From Eledone cirrhosa (taxonomy: Eukaryota): DNA of 64,000 nt. The stretch is taken from NCBI GenBank assembly GCA_964016885.1, contig OZ024742.1, forward strand, positions 198,400,001 through 198,464,000, read 5' to 3'. The notes under the pieces were generated by a model. It worked only from the letters and a program-made list of their open reading frames with translations. It did not search any database and was not told where the DNA came from. Positions 45,501-60,600 of this stretch are shown one piece after another (positions within the stretch are counted from its first letter, which is position 1; every line of letters begins with the position of its first letter). Made by a program: the position numbers and the translations under genes.

Positions 45501-48500
45501 ACACATCCGTCAGTGACCACATGAAAGGTACCAACACATCTATCAGTGACCACATGAAAGATACCAACATATCAGTCAGTGACCACATGAAAGGTACCAA
45601 CACGTCAGTCAGTGACCACATGAAAGGCACTAACACATCAGTCAGTGACCACATGAAAGGTACCAACACATCAGTCAGTGACCACATGAAAGGTACCAAC
45701 ACATCAGTCAGTGACCACATGAAAGGTACCAACACATCCGTCAGTGACCACATGAAAGGTACCAACACATCAGTCAGTGACCACATGATATGCACCAACA
45801 CATCAGTCAGTGACCACATGAAAGGCACCAACACATCAGTCAGTGACCACATGAAAGGTACCAACACATCAGTCATTGACCACATGAAAGGTACCAACAC
45901 ATCAGTCAGTGACCACATGAAAGGTACCAACACATCAGTAAGTGACCACATGAAAGGTACCAACACATCAGTCAGTGACCACATGATATGCACCAACACA
46001 TCAGTCAGTGACCACATGATATGCACCAACACATCAGTCAGTGACCACATGAAAGGTACCAACACATCAGTAAGTGGCCACATGATATGCACTAACACAT
46101 CAGTAAGTGACCACATGATATGCACCAACACATCCGTCAGTGACCACATGAAAGGTACCAACACATCAGTCAGTGACCACATGAAAGGTACCAACACATC
46201 AGTCAGTGACCACATGAAAGGTACCAACACATCAGTCAGTGACCACATGAAAGGTACCAACACATCAATCAGTGACCACATGAAAGGTACCAGCACATCA
46301 GTCAGTGACCACATGAAAGGTACCAACACATCAGTCAGTGACCACATGAAAGGTACCAACACATCAGTCAGTGACCACATGAAAGGTTCCAACACATCAG
46401 TCAGTGACCACATGAAAGATACCAACACATCAGTCAGTGACCACATGAAAGGTACCAACACATCAGTCAGTGACCACATGAAAGATACCAACACATCCGT
46501 CAGTGACCACAAATGTACCAACACATCAGTCAGTGACCACATGAAAGGTAGCAACACATCAGTCAGTTACCACATGAAAAGTACCAACACATCAGTCAGT
46601 GACCACATGAAAGTTACCAACACATCAATCAGTGACCACATGATATGCACCAACACATCAGTCAGTGACCACATGAAAGGTACCAACACATCAGTCAGTG
46701 ACCACATTAAAGGTACCAACACATCAGTCAGTGACCACATTAAAGGTATCAACACATCAATCAGTGACCACATGAAAGGTACCAACACATCAGTCAGTGA
46801 CCACATGAAAGGTACCAACACATCAGTCAGTGACCACATGAAAGATACTAACACACCCGTCAGTGACCACATGAAAGGTACCAACACATCAGTCAGTGAC
46901 CACATGAAAGGTACCAACACATCAGTCAGTGACCACATGAAAGGTACCAACACATCAATCAGTGACCACATGAAAGGTACCAACACATCAATCAGTGACC
47001 ACATGAAAGGAACCAACACATCAGTCAGTGACCACATGAAAGATACCAACACATCCATCAGTGACCACACGAAAGGTACCAACACATCAGTCAGTGACCA
47101 CATGAAAGGTACCAACACATCAGTCAGTGGCCACATATGTACCAACACATCAGTCAGTGACCACATGATATGTACCAACACATCAGTAAGTGACCACATG
47201 AGAGGTACCAACACATCCGTCAGTGACCACATGAAAGGTACCAACACATCTATCAGTGACCACATGAAAGGTACCAACATATCAGTCAGTGACCACATGA
47301 AAGGTACCAACACGTCAGTCAGTGACCACATGAAAGGCACTAACACATCAGTCAGTGACCACATGAAAGGTACCAACACATCAGTCAGTGACCACATGAA
47401 AGGTACCAACACATCAGTCAGTGACCACATGAAAGGTACCAACACATCCGTCAGTGACCACATGAAAGGTACCAACACATCAGTCAGTGACCACATGATA
47501 TGCACCAACACATCAGTCAGTGACCACATGAAAGGCACCAACACATCAGTCAGTGACCACATGAAAGGTACCAACACATCAGTCATTGACCACATGAAAG
47601 GTACCAACACATCAGTCAGTGACCACATGAAAGGTACCAACACATCAGTAAGTGACCACATGAAAGGTACCAACACATCAGTCAGTGACCACATGATATG
47701 CACCAACACATCAGTCATTGACCACATGAAAGGTACCAACACATCAGTCAGTGACCACATGAAAGGTACCAACACATCAGTAAGTGGCCACATGATATGC
47801 ACTAACACATCAGTAAGTGACCACATGATATGCACCAACACATCCGTCAGTGACCACATGAAAGGTACTAACACATCAGTCAGTGACCACATGAAAGGTA
47901 CCAACACATCAGTCAGTGACCACATGAAAGGTACCAACACATCAGTCAGTGACCACATGAAAGGTACCAACACATCCGTCAGTGACCACATGAAAGGTAC
48001 CAACACATCAGTCAGTGACCACATGATATGCACCAACACATCAGTCAGTGACCACATGAAAGGCACCAACACATCCGTCAGTGACCCCATGATATGCACC
48101 AACACATCCGTCAGTGACCACATGAAAGGCACCAACACATCCGTCAGTGACCCCATGATATGCACCAACACATCAGTCAGTGACCACATGAAAGGCACCA
48201 ACACATCCGTCAGTGACCACATGATATGCACCAACACATCAGTCAGTGACCACATGAAAGGCACCAACACATCCGTCAGTGACCACATGATATGCACCAA
48301 CACATCAGTCAGTGACCACATGAAAGGCACCAACACATCCGTCAGTGACCCCATGATATGTACCAACACATCAGTCAGTGACCACATGAAAAGTACCAAC
48401 ACATCAGTCAGTGACCACATATGCACCAACACATCAGTCAGTGACCACATGAAAGGTACCAACACATCCGTCAGTGACCACATGAAAGGTACCAACACAT

Positions 48501-51500
48501 CCGTCAGTGACCACATGAAAGGTACCAACACATCCGTCAGTGACCACATGAAAGGTACCAACACATCAGTTAGTGACCACATGAAAGGTACCAACACATC
48601 AGTAAGTGGCCACATGATATGCACTAACACATCAGTAAGTGACCACATGATATGCACCAACACATCAATCAGTGACCACATGAAAGGTACCAACACATCC
48701 GTCAGTGACCACATGATATGCACCAACACATCCGTCAGTGACCACATGATATGCACCAACAGATCCGTCAGTGACCACATGAAAGGCACCAACACATCAG
48801 TTAGTGACCACATGAAAGGTACCAACACATCAGTTAGTGACCACATGAAAGGTACCAACACATCAGTCAGTGACACATGAAAGGTACCAACACATCCGTC
48901 AGTGACCACATGAAAGGTACCAACACATCCGTCAGTGACCACATGAAAGGTACCAACACATCAGTCAGTGACCACATGAAAGGTACCAACACATCAGTCA
49001 GTGACCACATGAAAGGTACCAACACATCAGTCAGTGACCACATGAAAGGTACCAACACATCAGTCAGTGACCACATGAAAGGTACTAACACATCAGTTAG
49101 TGACCACATGATATGAACCAACACATCAGTCAGTGACACATGAAAGGTACCAACACATCAGTCAGTGACACATGAAAGGTACCAACACATCAGTCAGTGA
49201 CCACATGAAAGGTACCAACACATCAGTCAGTGACCACATGAAAGGTACCAACACATCAGTCAGTGACACATGAAAGGTACCAACACATCAGTCAGTGACA
49301 CATGAAAGGTACCAACACATCAGTCGGTGACCACATGAAAGGTACCAACACATCAGTCAGTGACCACATGAAAGGTACCAACACATCAATCAGTGACCAC
49401 ATGAAAGGTACCAACACATCAGTCAGTGACCACATGAAAGGTACCAACACATCAGTCAGTGACCACATGAAAGATACCAACACATCCGTCAGTGACCACA
49501 AATGTACCAACACATCAGTCAGTGACCACATGAAAGGTAGCAACACATCAGTCAGTTACCACATGAAAAGTACCAACACATCAGTCAGTGACCACATGAA
49601 AGTTACCAACACATCAATCAGTGACCACATGATATGCACCAACACATCAGTCAGTGACCACATGAAAGGTACCAACACATCAGTCAGTGACCACATTAAA
49701 GGTACCAACACATCAGTCAGTGACCACATTAAAGGTACCAACACATCAATCAGTGACCACATGAAAGGTACCAACACATCAGTCAGTGACCACATGAAAG
49801 GTACCAACACATCAGTCAGTGACCACATGAAAGATACCAACACACCCGTCAGTGACCACATGAAAGGTACCAACACATCAGTCAGTGACCACATGAAAGG
49901 TACCAACACATCAGTCAGTGACCACATGAAAGGTACCAACACATCAATCAGTGACCACATGAAAGGTACCAACACATCAATCAGTGACCACATGAAAGGT
50001 ACCAACACATCAGTCAGTGACCACATGAAAGGTACCAACACATCAGTCAGTGACCACATGAAAGGTACCAACACATCAGTCAGTGACCACATGATATGAA
50101 CCAACACATCAGTCAGTGACACATGAAAGGTACCAACACATCAGTCAGTGACACATGAAAGGTACCAACACATCAGTCAGTGACCACATGAAAGGTACCA
50201 ACACATCAGTCAGTGACCACATGAAAGGTACCAACACATCAGTCAGTGACCACATGAAAGGTACCAACACATCAGTCAGTGACACATGAAAGGTACCAAC
50301 ACATCAGTCAGTGACACATGAAAGGTACCAACACATCAGTCAGTGACCACATGAAAGGTACCAACACATCAGTCAGTGACCACATGAAAGGTACCAACAC
50401 ATCAGTCAGTGACCACATGAAAGGTACCAACACATCAGTCAGTGACCACATGAAAGGTACCAACACATCAGTCAGTGACCACATGAAAGGTTCCAACACA
50501 TCAGTCAGTGACCACATGAAAGATACCAACACATCAGTCAGTGACCACATGAAAGGTACCAACACATCAGTCAGTGACCACATGAAAGATACCAACACAT
50601 CCGTCAGTGACCACAAATGTACCAACACATCAGTCAGTGACCACATGAAAGGTAGCAACACATCAGTCAGTTACCACATGAAAAGTACCAACACATCAGT
50701 CAGTGACCACATGAAAGTTACCAACACATCAATCAGTGACCACATGATATGCACCAACACATCAGTCAGTGACCACATGAAAGGTACCAACACATCAATC
50801 AGTGACCACATGAAAGGTACCAACACATCCGTCAGTGACCACATGAAAGGTACCAACACATCTGTCAGTGACCACATGAAAGGTACCAACACATCAGTCA
50901 GTGACAACATGAAAGGTACCAACACATCAGTCAGTGACCACATGAAAGGTACCAACACATCAGTCAGTGACCACATGAAAGGTACCAACACATAAGTCAG
51001 TGGCCACATATGTACCAACACATCAGTCAGTGACCACATGATATGTACCAACACATCAGTAAGTGACCACATGAGAGGTACCAACACATCCGTCAGTGAC
51101 CACATGAAAGGTACCAACACATCTATCAGTGACCACATGAAAGATACCAACATATCAGTCAGTGACCACATGAAAGGTACCAACACGTCAGTCAGTGACC
51201 ACATGAAAGGCACTAACACATCAGTCAGTGACCACATGAAAGGTACCAACACATCAGTCAGTGACCACATGAAAGGTACCAACACATCAGTCAGTGACCA
51301 CATGAAAGGTACCAACACATCCGTCAGTGACCACATGAAAGGTACCAACACATCAGTCAGTGACCACATGATATGCACCAACACATCAGTCAGTGACCAC
51401 ATGAAAGGCACCAACACATCAGTCAGTGACCACATGAAAGGTACCAACACATCAGTCAGTGACCACATGAAAGATACCAACACACCCGTCAGTGACCACA

Positions 51501-54500
51501 TGAAAGGTACCAACACATCAGTCAGTGACCACATGAAAGGTACCAACACATCAGTCAGTGACCACATGAAAGGTACCAACACATCAATCAGTGACCACAT
51601 GAAAGGTACCAACACATCAATCAGTGACCACATGAAAGGTACCAACACATCAGTCAGTGACCACATGAAAGATACCAACACATCCGTCAGTGACCACATG
51701 AAAGGTACCAACACATCAGTCAGTGACCACATGAAAGGTACCAACACATCAGTCAGTGACCACATGAAAGGTACCAACACATCAGTCAGTGACCACATGA
51801 AAGGTACCAACACATCAATCAGTGACCACATGAAAGGTACCAACACATCCGTCAGTGACCACATGAAAGGTACCAACACATCTGTCAGTGACCACATGAA
51901 AGGTACCAACACATCAGTCAGTGACCACATGAAAGGTACCAACACATCAGTCAGTGACCACATGAAAGGTACCAACACATCAGTCAGTGACCACATGAAA
52001 GGTACCAACACATCAGTCAGTGGCCACATATGTACCAACACATCAGTCAGTGACCACATGATATGTACCAACACATCAGTAAGTGACCACATGAGAGGTA
52101 CCAACACATCCGTCAGTGACCACATGAAAGGTACCAACACATCTATCAGTGACCACATGAAAGATACCAACATATCAGTCAGTGACCACATGAAAGGTAC
52201 CAACACGTCAGTCAGTGACCACATGAAAGGCACTAACACATCAGTCAGTGACCACATGAAAGGTACCAACACATCAGTCAGTGACCACATGAAAGGTACC
52301 AACACATCAGTCAGTGACCACATGAAAGGTACCAACACATCCGTCAGTGACCACATGAAAGGTACCAACACATCAGTCAGTGACCACATGATATGCACCA
52401 ACACATCAGTCAGTGACCACATGAAAGGCACCAACACATCAGTCAGTGACCACATGAAAGGTACCAACACATCAGTCATTGACCACATGAAAGGTACCAA
52501 CACATCAGTCAGTGACCACATGAAAGGTACCAACACATCAGTAAGTGACCACATGAAAGGTACCAACACATCAGTCAGTGACCACATGATATGCACCAAC
52601 ACATCAGTCAGTGACCACATGATATGCACCAACACATCAGTCAGTGACCACATGAAAGGTACCAACACATCAGTAAGTGGCCACATGATATGCACTAACA
52701 CATCAGTAAGTGACCACATGATATGCACCAACACATCCGTCAGTGACCACATGAAAGGTACCAACACATCAGTCAGTGACCACATGAAAGGTACCAACAC
52801 ATCAGTCAGTGACCACATGAAAGGTACCAACACATCAGTCAGTGACCACATGAAAGGTACCAACACATCAATCAGTGACCACATGAAAGGTACCAGCACA
52901 TCAGTCAGTGACCACATGAAAGGTACCAACACATCAGTCAGTGACCACATGAAAGGTACCAACACATCAGTCAGTGACCACATGAAAGGTTCCAACACAT
53001 CAGTCAGTGACCACATGAAAGATACCAACACATCAGTCAGTGACCACATGAAAGGTACCAACACATCAGTCAGTGACCACATGAAAGATACCAACACATC
53101 CGTCAGTGACCACAAATGTACCAACACATCAGTCAGTGACCACATGAAAGGTAGCAACACATCAGTCAGTTACCACATGAAAAGTACCAACACATCAGTC
53201 AGTGACCACATGAAAGTTACCAACACATCAATCAGTGACCACATGATATGCACCAACACATCAGTCAGTGACCACATGAAAGGTACCAACACATCAGTCA
53301 GTGACCACATTAAAGGTACCAACACATCAGTCAGTGACCACATTAAAGGTATCAACACATCAATCAGTGACCACATGAAAGGTACCAACACATCAGTCAG
53401 TGACCACATGAAAGGTACCAACACATCAGTCAGTGACCACATGAAAGATACTAACACACCCGTCAGTGACCACATGAAAGGTACCAACACATCAGTCAGT
53501 GACCACATGAAAGGTACCAACACATCAGTCAGTGACCACATGAAAGGTACCAACACATCAATCAGTGACCACATGAAAGGTACCAACACATCAATCAGTG
53601 ACCACATGAAAGGAACCAACACATCAGTCAGTGACCACATGAAAGATACCAACACATCCATCAGTGACCACACGAAAGGTACCAACACATCAGTCAGTGA
53701 CCACATGAAAGGTACCAACACATCAGTCAGTGGCCACATATGTACCAACACATCAGTCAGTGACCACATGATATGTACCAACACATCAGTAAGTGACCAC
53801 ATGAGAGGTACCAACACATCCGTCAGTGACCACATGAAAGGTACCAACACATCTATCAGTGACCACATGAAAGGTACCAACATATCAGTCAGTGACCACA
53901 TGAAAGGTACCAACACGTCAGTCAGTGACCACATGAAAGGCACTAACACATCAGTCAGTGACCACATGAAAGGTACCAACACATCAGTCAGTGACCACAT
54001 GAAAGGTACCAACACATCAGTCAGTGACCACATGAAAGGTACCAACACATCCGTCAGTGACCACATGAAAGGTACCAACACATCAGTCAGTGACCACATG
54101 ATATGCACCAACACATCAGTCAGTGACCACATGAAAGGCACCAACACATCAGTCAGTGACCACATGAAAGGTACCAACACATCAGTCATTGACCACATGA
54201 AAGGTACCAACACATCAGTCAGTGACCACATGAAAGGTACCAACACATCAGTAAGTGACCACATGAAAGGTACCAACACATCAGTCAGTGACCACATGAT
54301 ATGCACCAACACATCAGTCATTGACCACATGAAAGGTACCAACACATCAGTCAGTGACCACATGAAAGGTACCAACACATCAGTAAGTGGCCACATGATA
54401 TGCACTAACACATCAGTAAGTGACCACATGATATGCACCAACACATCCGTCAGTGACCACATGAAAGGTACTAACACATCAGTCAGTGACCACATGAAAG

Positions 54501-57500
54501 GTACCAACACATCAGTCAGTGACCACATGAAAGGTACCAACACATCAGTCAGTGACCACATGAAAGGTACCAACACATCCGTCAGTGACCACATGAAAGG
54601 TACCAACACATCAGTCAGTGACCACATGATATGCACCAACACATCAGTCAGTGACCACATGAAAGGCACCAACACATCCGTCAGTGACCCCATGATATGC
54701 ACCAACACATCCGTCAGTGACCACATGAAAGGCACCAACACATCCGTCAGTGACCCCATGATATGCACCAACACATCAGTCAGTGACCACATGAAAGGCA
54801 CCAACACATCCGTCAGTGACCACATGATATGCACCAACACATCAGTCAGTGACCACATGAAAGGCACCAACACATCCGTCAGTGACCACATGATATGCAC
54901 CAACACATCAGTCAGTGACCACATGAAAGGCACCAACACATCCGTCAGTGACCCCATGATATGTACCAACACATCAGTCAGTGACCACATGAAAAGTACC
55001 AACACATCAGTCAGTGACCACATATGCACCAACACATCAGTCAGTGACCACATGAAAGGTACCAACACATCCGTCAGTGACCACATGAAAGGTACCAACA
55101 CATCCGTCAGTGACCACATGAAAGGTACCAACACATCCGTCAGTGACCACATGAAAGGTACCAACACATCAGTTAGTGACCACATGAAAGGTACCAACAC
55201 ATCAGTAAGTGGCCACATGATATGCACTAACACATCAGTAAGTGACCACATGATATGCACCAACACATCAATCAGTGACCACATGAAAGGTACCAACACA
55301 TCCGTCAGTGACCACATGATATGCACCAACACATCCGTCAGTGACCACATGATATGCACCAACAGATCCGTCAGTGACCACATGAAAGGCACCAACACAT
55401 CAGTTAGTGACCACATGAAAGGTACCAACACATCAGTTAGTGACCACATGAAAGGTACCAACACATCAGTCAGTGACACATGAAAGGTACCAACACATCC
55501 GTCAGTGACCACATGAAAGGTACCAACACATCCGTCAGTGACCACATGAAAGGTACCAACACATCAGTCAGTGACCACATGAAAGGTACCAACACATCAG
55601 TCAGTGACCACATGAAAGGTACCAACACATCAGTCAGTGACCACATGAAAGGTACCAACACATCAGTCAGTGACCACATGAAAGGTACTAACACATCAGT
55701 TAGTGACCACATGATATGAACCAACACATCAGTCAGTGACACATGAAAGGTACCAACACATCAGTCAGTGACACATGAAAGGTACCAACACATCAGTCAG
55801 TGACCACATGAAAGGTACCAACACATCAGTCAGTGACCACATGAAAGGTACCAACACATCAGTCAGTGACACATGAAAGGTACCAACACATCAGTCAGTG
55901 ACACATGAAAGGTACCAACACATCAGTCGGTGACCACATGAAAGGTACCAACACATCAGTCAGTGACCACATGAAAGGTACCAACACATCAATCAGTGAC
56001 CACATGAAAGGTACCAACACATCAGTCAGTGACCACATGAAAGGTACCAACACATCAGTCAGTGACCACATGAAAGATACCAACACATCCGTCAGTGACC
56101 ACAAATGTACCAACACATCAGTCAGTGACCACATGAAAGGTAGCAACACATCAGTCAGTTACCACATGAAAAGTACCAACACATCAGTCAGTGACCACAT
56201 GAAAGTTACCAACACATCAATCAGTGACCACATGATATGCACCAACACATCAGTCAGTGACCACATGAAAGGTACCAACACATCAGTCAGTGACCACATT
56301 AAAGGTACCAACACATCAGTCAGTGACCACATTAAAGGTACCAACACATCAATCAGTGACCACATGAAAGGTACCAACACATCAGTCAGTGACCACATGA
56401 AAGGTACCAACACATCAGTCAGTGACCACATGAAAGATACCAACACACCCGTCAGTGACCACATGAAAGGTACCAACACATCAGTCAGTGACCACATGAA
56501 AGGTACCAACACATCAGTCAGTGACCACATGAAAGGTACCAACACATCAATCAGTGACCACATGAAAGGTACCAACACATCAATCAGTGACCACATGAAA
56601 GGTACCAACACATCAGTCAGTGACCACATGAAAGGTACCAACACATCAGTCAGTGACCACATGAAAGGTACCAACACATCAGTCAGTGACCACATGATAT
56701 GAACCAACACATCAGTCAGTGACACATGAAAGGTACCAACACATCAGTCAGTGACACATGAAAGGTACCAACACATCAGTCAGTGACCACATGAAAGGTA
56801 CCAACACATCAGTCAGTGACCACATGAAAGGTACCAACACATCAGTCAGTGACCACATGAAAGGTACCAACACATCAGTCAGTGACACATGAAAGGTACC
56901 AACACATCAGTCAGTGACACATGAAAGGTACCAACACATCAGTCAGTGACCACATGAAAGGTACCAACACATCAGTCAGTGACCACATGAAAGGTACCAA
57001 CACATCAGTCAGTGACCACATGAAAGGTACCAACACATCAGTCAGTGACCACATGAAAGGTACCAACACATCAGTCAGTGACCACATGAAAGGTTCCAAC
57101 ACATCAGTCAGTGACCACATGAAAGATACCAACACATCAGTCAGTGACCACATGAAAGGTACCAACACATCAGTCAGTGACCACATGAAAGATACCAACA
57201 CATCCGTCAGTGACCACAAATGTACCAACACATCAGTCAGTGACCACATGAAAGGTAGCAACACATCAGTCAGTTACCACATGAAAAGTACCAACACATC
57301 AGTCAGTGACCACATGAAAGTTACCAACACATCAATCAGTGACCACATGATATGCACCAACACATCAGTCAGTGACCACATGAAAGGTACCAACACATCA
57401 ATCAGTGACCACATGAAAGGTACCAACACATCCGTCAGTGACCACATGAAAGGTACCAACACATCTGTCAGTGACCACATGAAAGGTACCAACACATCAG

Positions 57501-57640
57501 TCAGTGACAACATGAAAGGTACCAACACATCAGTCAGTGACCACATGAAAGGTACCAACACATCAGTCAGTGACCACATGAAAGGTACCAACACATAAGT
57601 CAGTGGCCACATATGTACCAACACATCAGTCAGTGACCAC

Positions 57641-60600
57641 ATGATATGTACCAACACATCAGTAAGTGACCACATGAGAGGTACCAACACATCCGTCAGT
57701 GACCACATGAAAGGTACCAACACATCTATCAGTGACCACATGAAAGATACCAACATATCAGTCAGTGACCACATGAAAGGTACCAACACGTCAGTCAGTG
57801 ACCACATGAAAGGCACTAACACATCAGTCAGTGACCACATGAAAGGTACCAACACATCAGTCAGTGACCACATGAAAGGTACCAACACATCAGTCAGTGA
57901 CCACATGAAAGGTACCAACACATCCGTCAGTGACCACATGAAAGGTACCAACACATCAGTCAGTGACCACATGATATGCACCAACACATCAGTCAGTGAC
58001 CACATGAAAGGCACCAACACATCAGTCAGTGACCACATGAAAGGTACCAACACATCAGTCAGTGACCACATGAAAGATACCAACACACCCGTCAGTGACC
58101 ACATGAAAGGTACCAACACATCAGTCAGTGACCACATGAAAGGTACCAACACATCAGTCAGTGACCACATGAAAGGTACCAACACATCAATCAGTGACCA
58201 CATGAAAGGTACCAACACATCAATCAGTGACCACATGAAAGGTACCAACACATCAGTCAGTGACCACATGAAAGATACCAACACATCCGTCAGTGACCAC
58301 ATGAAAGGTACCAACACATCAGTCAGTGACCACATGAAAGGTACCAACACATCAGTCAGTGACCACATGAAAGGTACCAACACATCAGTCAGTGACCACA
58401 TGAAAGGTACCAACACATCAATCAGTGACCACATGAAAGGTACCAACACATCCGTCAGTGACCACATGAAAGGTACCAACACATCTGTCAGTGACCACAT
58501 GAAAGGTACCAACACATCAGTCAGTGACCACATGAAAGGTACCAACACATCAGTCAGTGACCACATGAAAGGTACCAACACATCAGTCAGTGACCACATG
58601 AAAGGTACCAACACATCAGTCAGTGGCCACATATGTACCAACACATCAGTCAGTGACCACATGATATGTACCAACACATCAGTAAGTGACCACATGAGAG
58701 GTACCAACACATCCGTCAGTGACCACATGAAAGGTACCAACACATCTATCAGTGACCACATGAAAGATACCAACATATCAGTCAGTGACCACATGAAAGG
58801 TACCAACACGTCAGTCAGTGACCACATGAAAGGCACTAACACATCAGTCAGTGACCACATGAAAGGTACCAACACATCAGTCAGTGACCACATGAAAGGT
58901 ACCAACACATCAGTCAGTGACCACATGAAAGGTACCAACACATCCGTCAGTGACCACATGAAAGGTACCAACACATCAGTCAGTGACCACATGATATGCA
59001 CCAACACATCAGTCAGTGACCACATGAAAGGCACCAACACATCAGTCAGTGACCACATGAAAGGTACCAACACATCAGTCATTGACCACATGAAAGGTAC
59101 CAACACATCAGTCAGTGACCACATGAAAGGTACCAACACATCAGTAAGTGACCACATGAAAGGTACCAACACATCAGTCAGTGACCACATGATATGCACC
59201 AACACATCAGTCAGTGACCACATGATATGCACCAACACATCAGTCAGTGACCACATGAAAGGTACCAACACATCAGTAAGTGGCCACATGATATGCACTA
59301 ACACATCAGTAAGTGACCACATGATATGCACCAACACATCCGTCAGTGACCACATGAAAGGTACCAACACATCAGTCAGTGACCACATGAAAGGTACCAA
59401 CACATCAGTCAGTGACCACATGAAAGGTACCAACACATCAGTCAGTGACCACATGAAAGGTACCAACACATCAATCAGTGACCACATGAAAGGTACCAGC
59501 ACATCAGTCAGTGACCACATGAAAGGTACCAACACATCAGTCAGTGACCACATGAAAGGTACCAACACATCAGTCAGTGACCACATGAAAGGTTCCAACA
59601 CATCAGTCAGTGACCACATGAAAGATACCAACACATCAGTCAGTGACCACATGAAAGGTACCAACACATCAGTCAGTGACCACATGAAAGGTACCAACAC
59701 ATCAGTCAGTGGCCACATATGTACCAACACATCAGTCAGTGACCACATGATATGTACCAACACATCAGTAAGTGACCACATGAGAGGTACCAACACATCC
59801 GTCAGTGACCACATGAAAGGTACCAACACATCTATCAGTGACCACATGAAAGATACCAACATATCAGTCAGTGACCACATGAAAGGTACCAACACGTCAG
59901 TCAGTGACCACATGAAAGGCACTAACACATCAGTCAGTGACCACATGAAAGGTACCAACACATCAGTCAGTGACCACATGAAAGGTACCAACACATCAGT
60001 CAGTGACCACATGAAAGGTACCAACACATCCGTCAGTGACCACATGAAAGGTACCAACACATCAGTCAGTGACCACATGATATGCACCAACACATCAGTC
60101 AGTGACCACATGAAAGATACCAACACATCAGTCAGTGACCACATGAAAGGTACCAACACATCAGTCAGTGACCACATGAAAGATACCAACACATCCGTCA
60201 GTGACCACAAATGTACCAACACATCAGTCAGTGACCACATGAAAGGTAGCAACACATCAGTCAGTTACCACATGAAAAGTACCAACACATCAGTCAGTGA
60301 CCACATGAAAGTTACCAACACATCAATCAGTGACCACATGATATGCACCAACACATCAGTCAGTGACCACATGAAAGGTACCAACACATCAGTCAGTGAC
60401 CACATTAAAGGTACCAACACATCAGTCAGTGACCACATTAAAGGTATCAACACATCAATCAGTGACCACATGAAAGGTACCAACACATCAGTCAGTGACC
60501 ACATGAAAGGTACCAACACATCAGTCAGTGACCACATGAAAGATACTAACACACCCGTCAGTGACCACATGAAAGGTACCAACACATCAGTCAGTGACCA

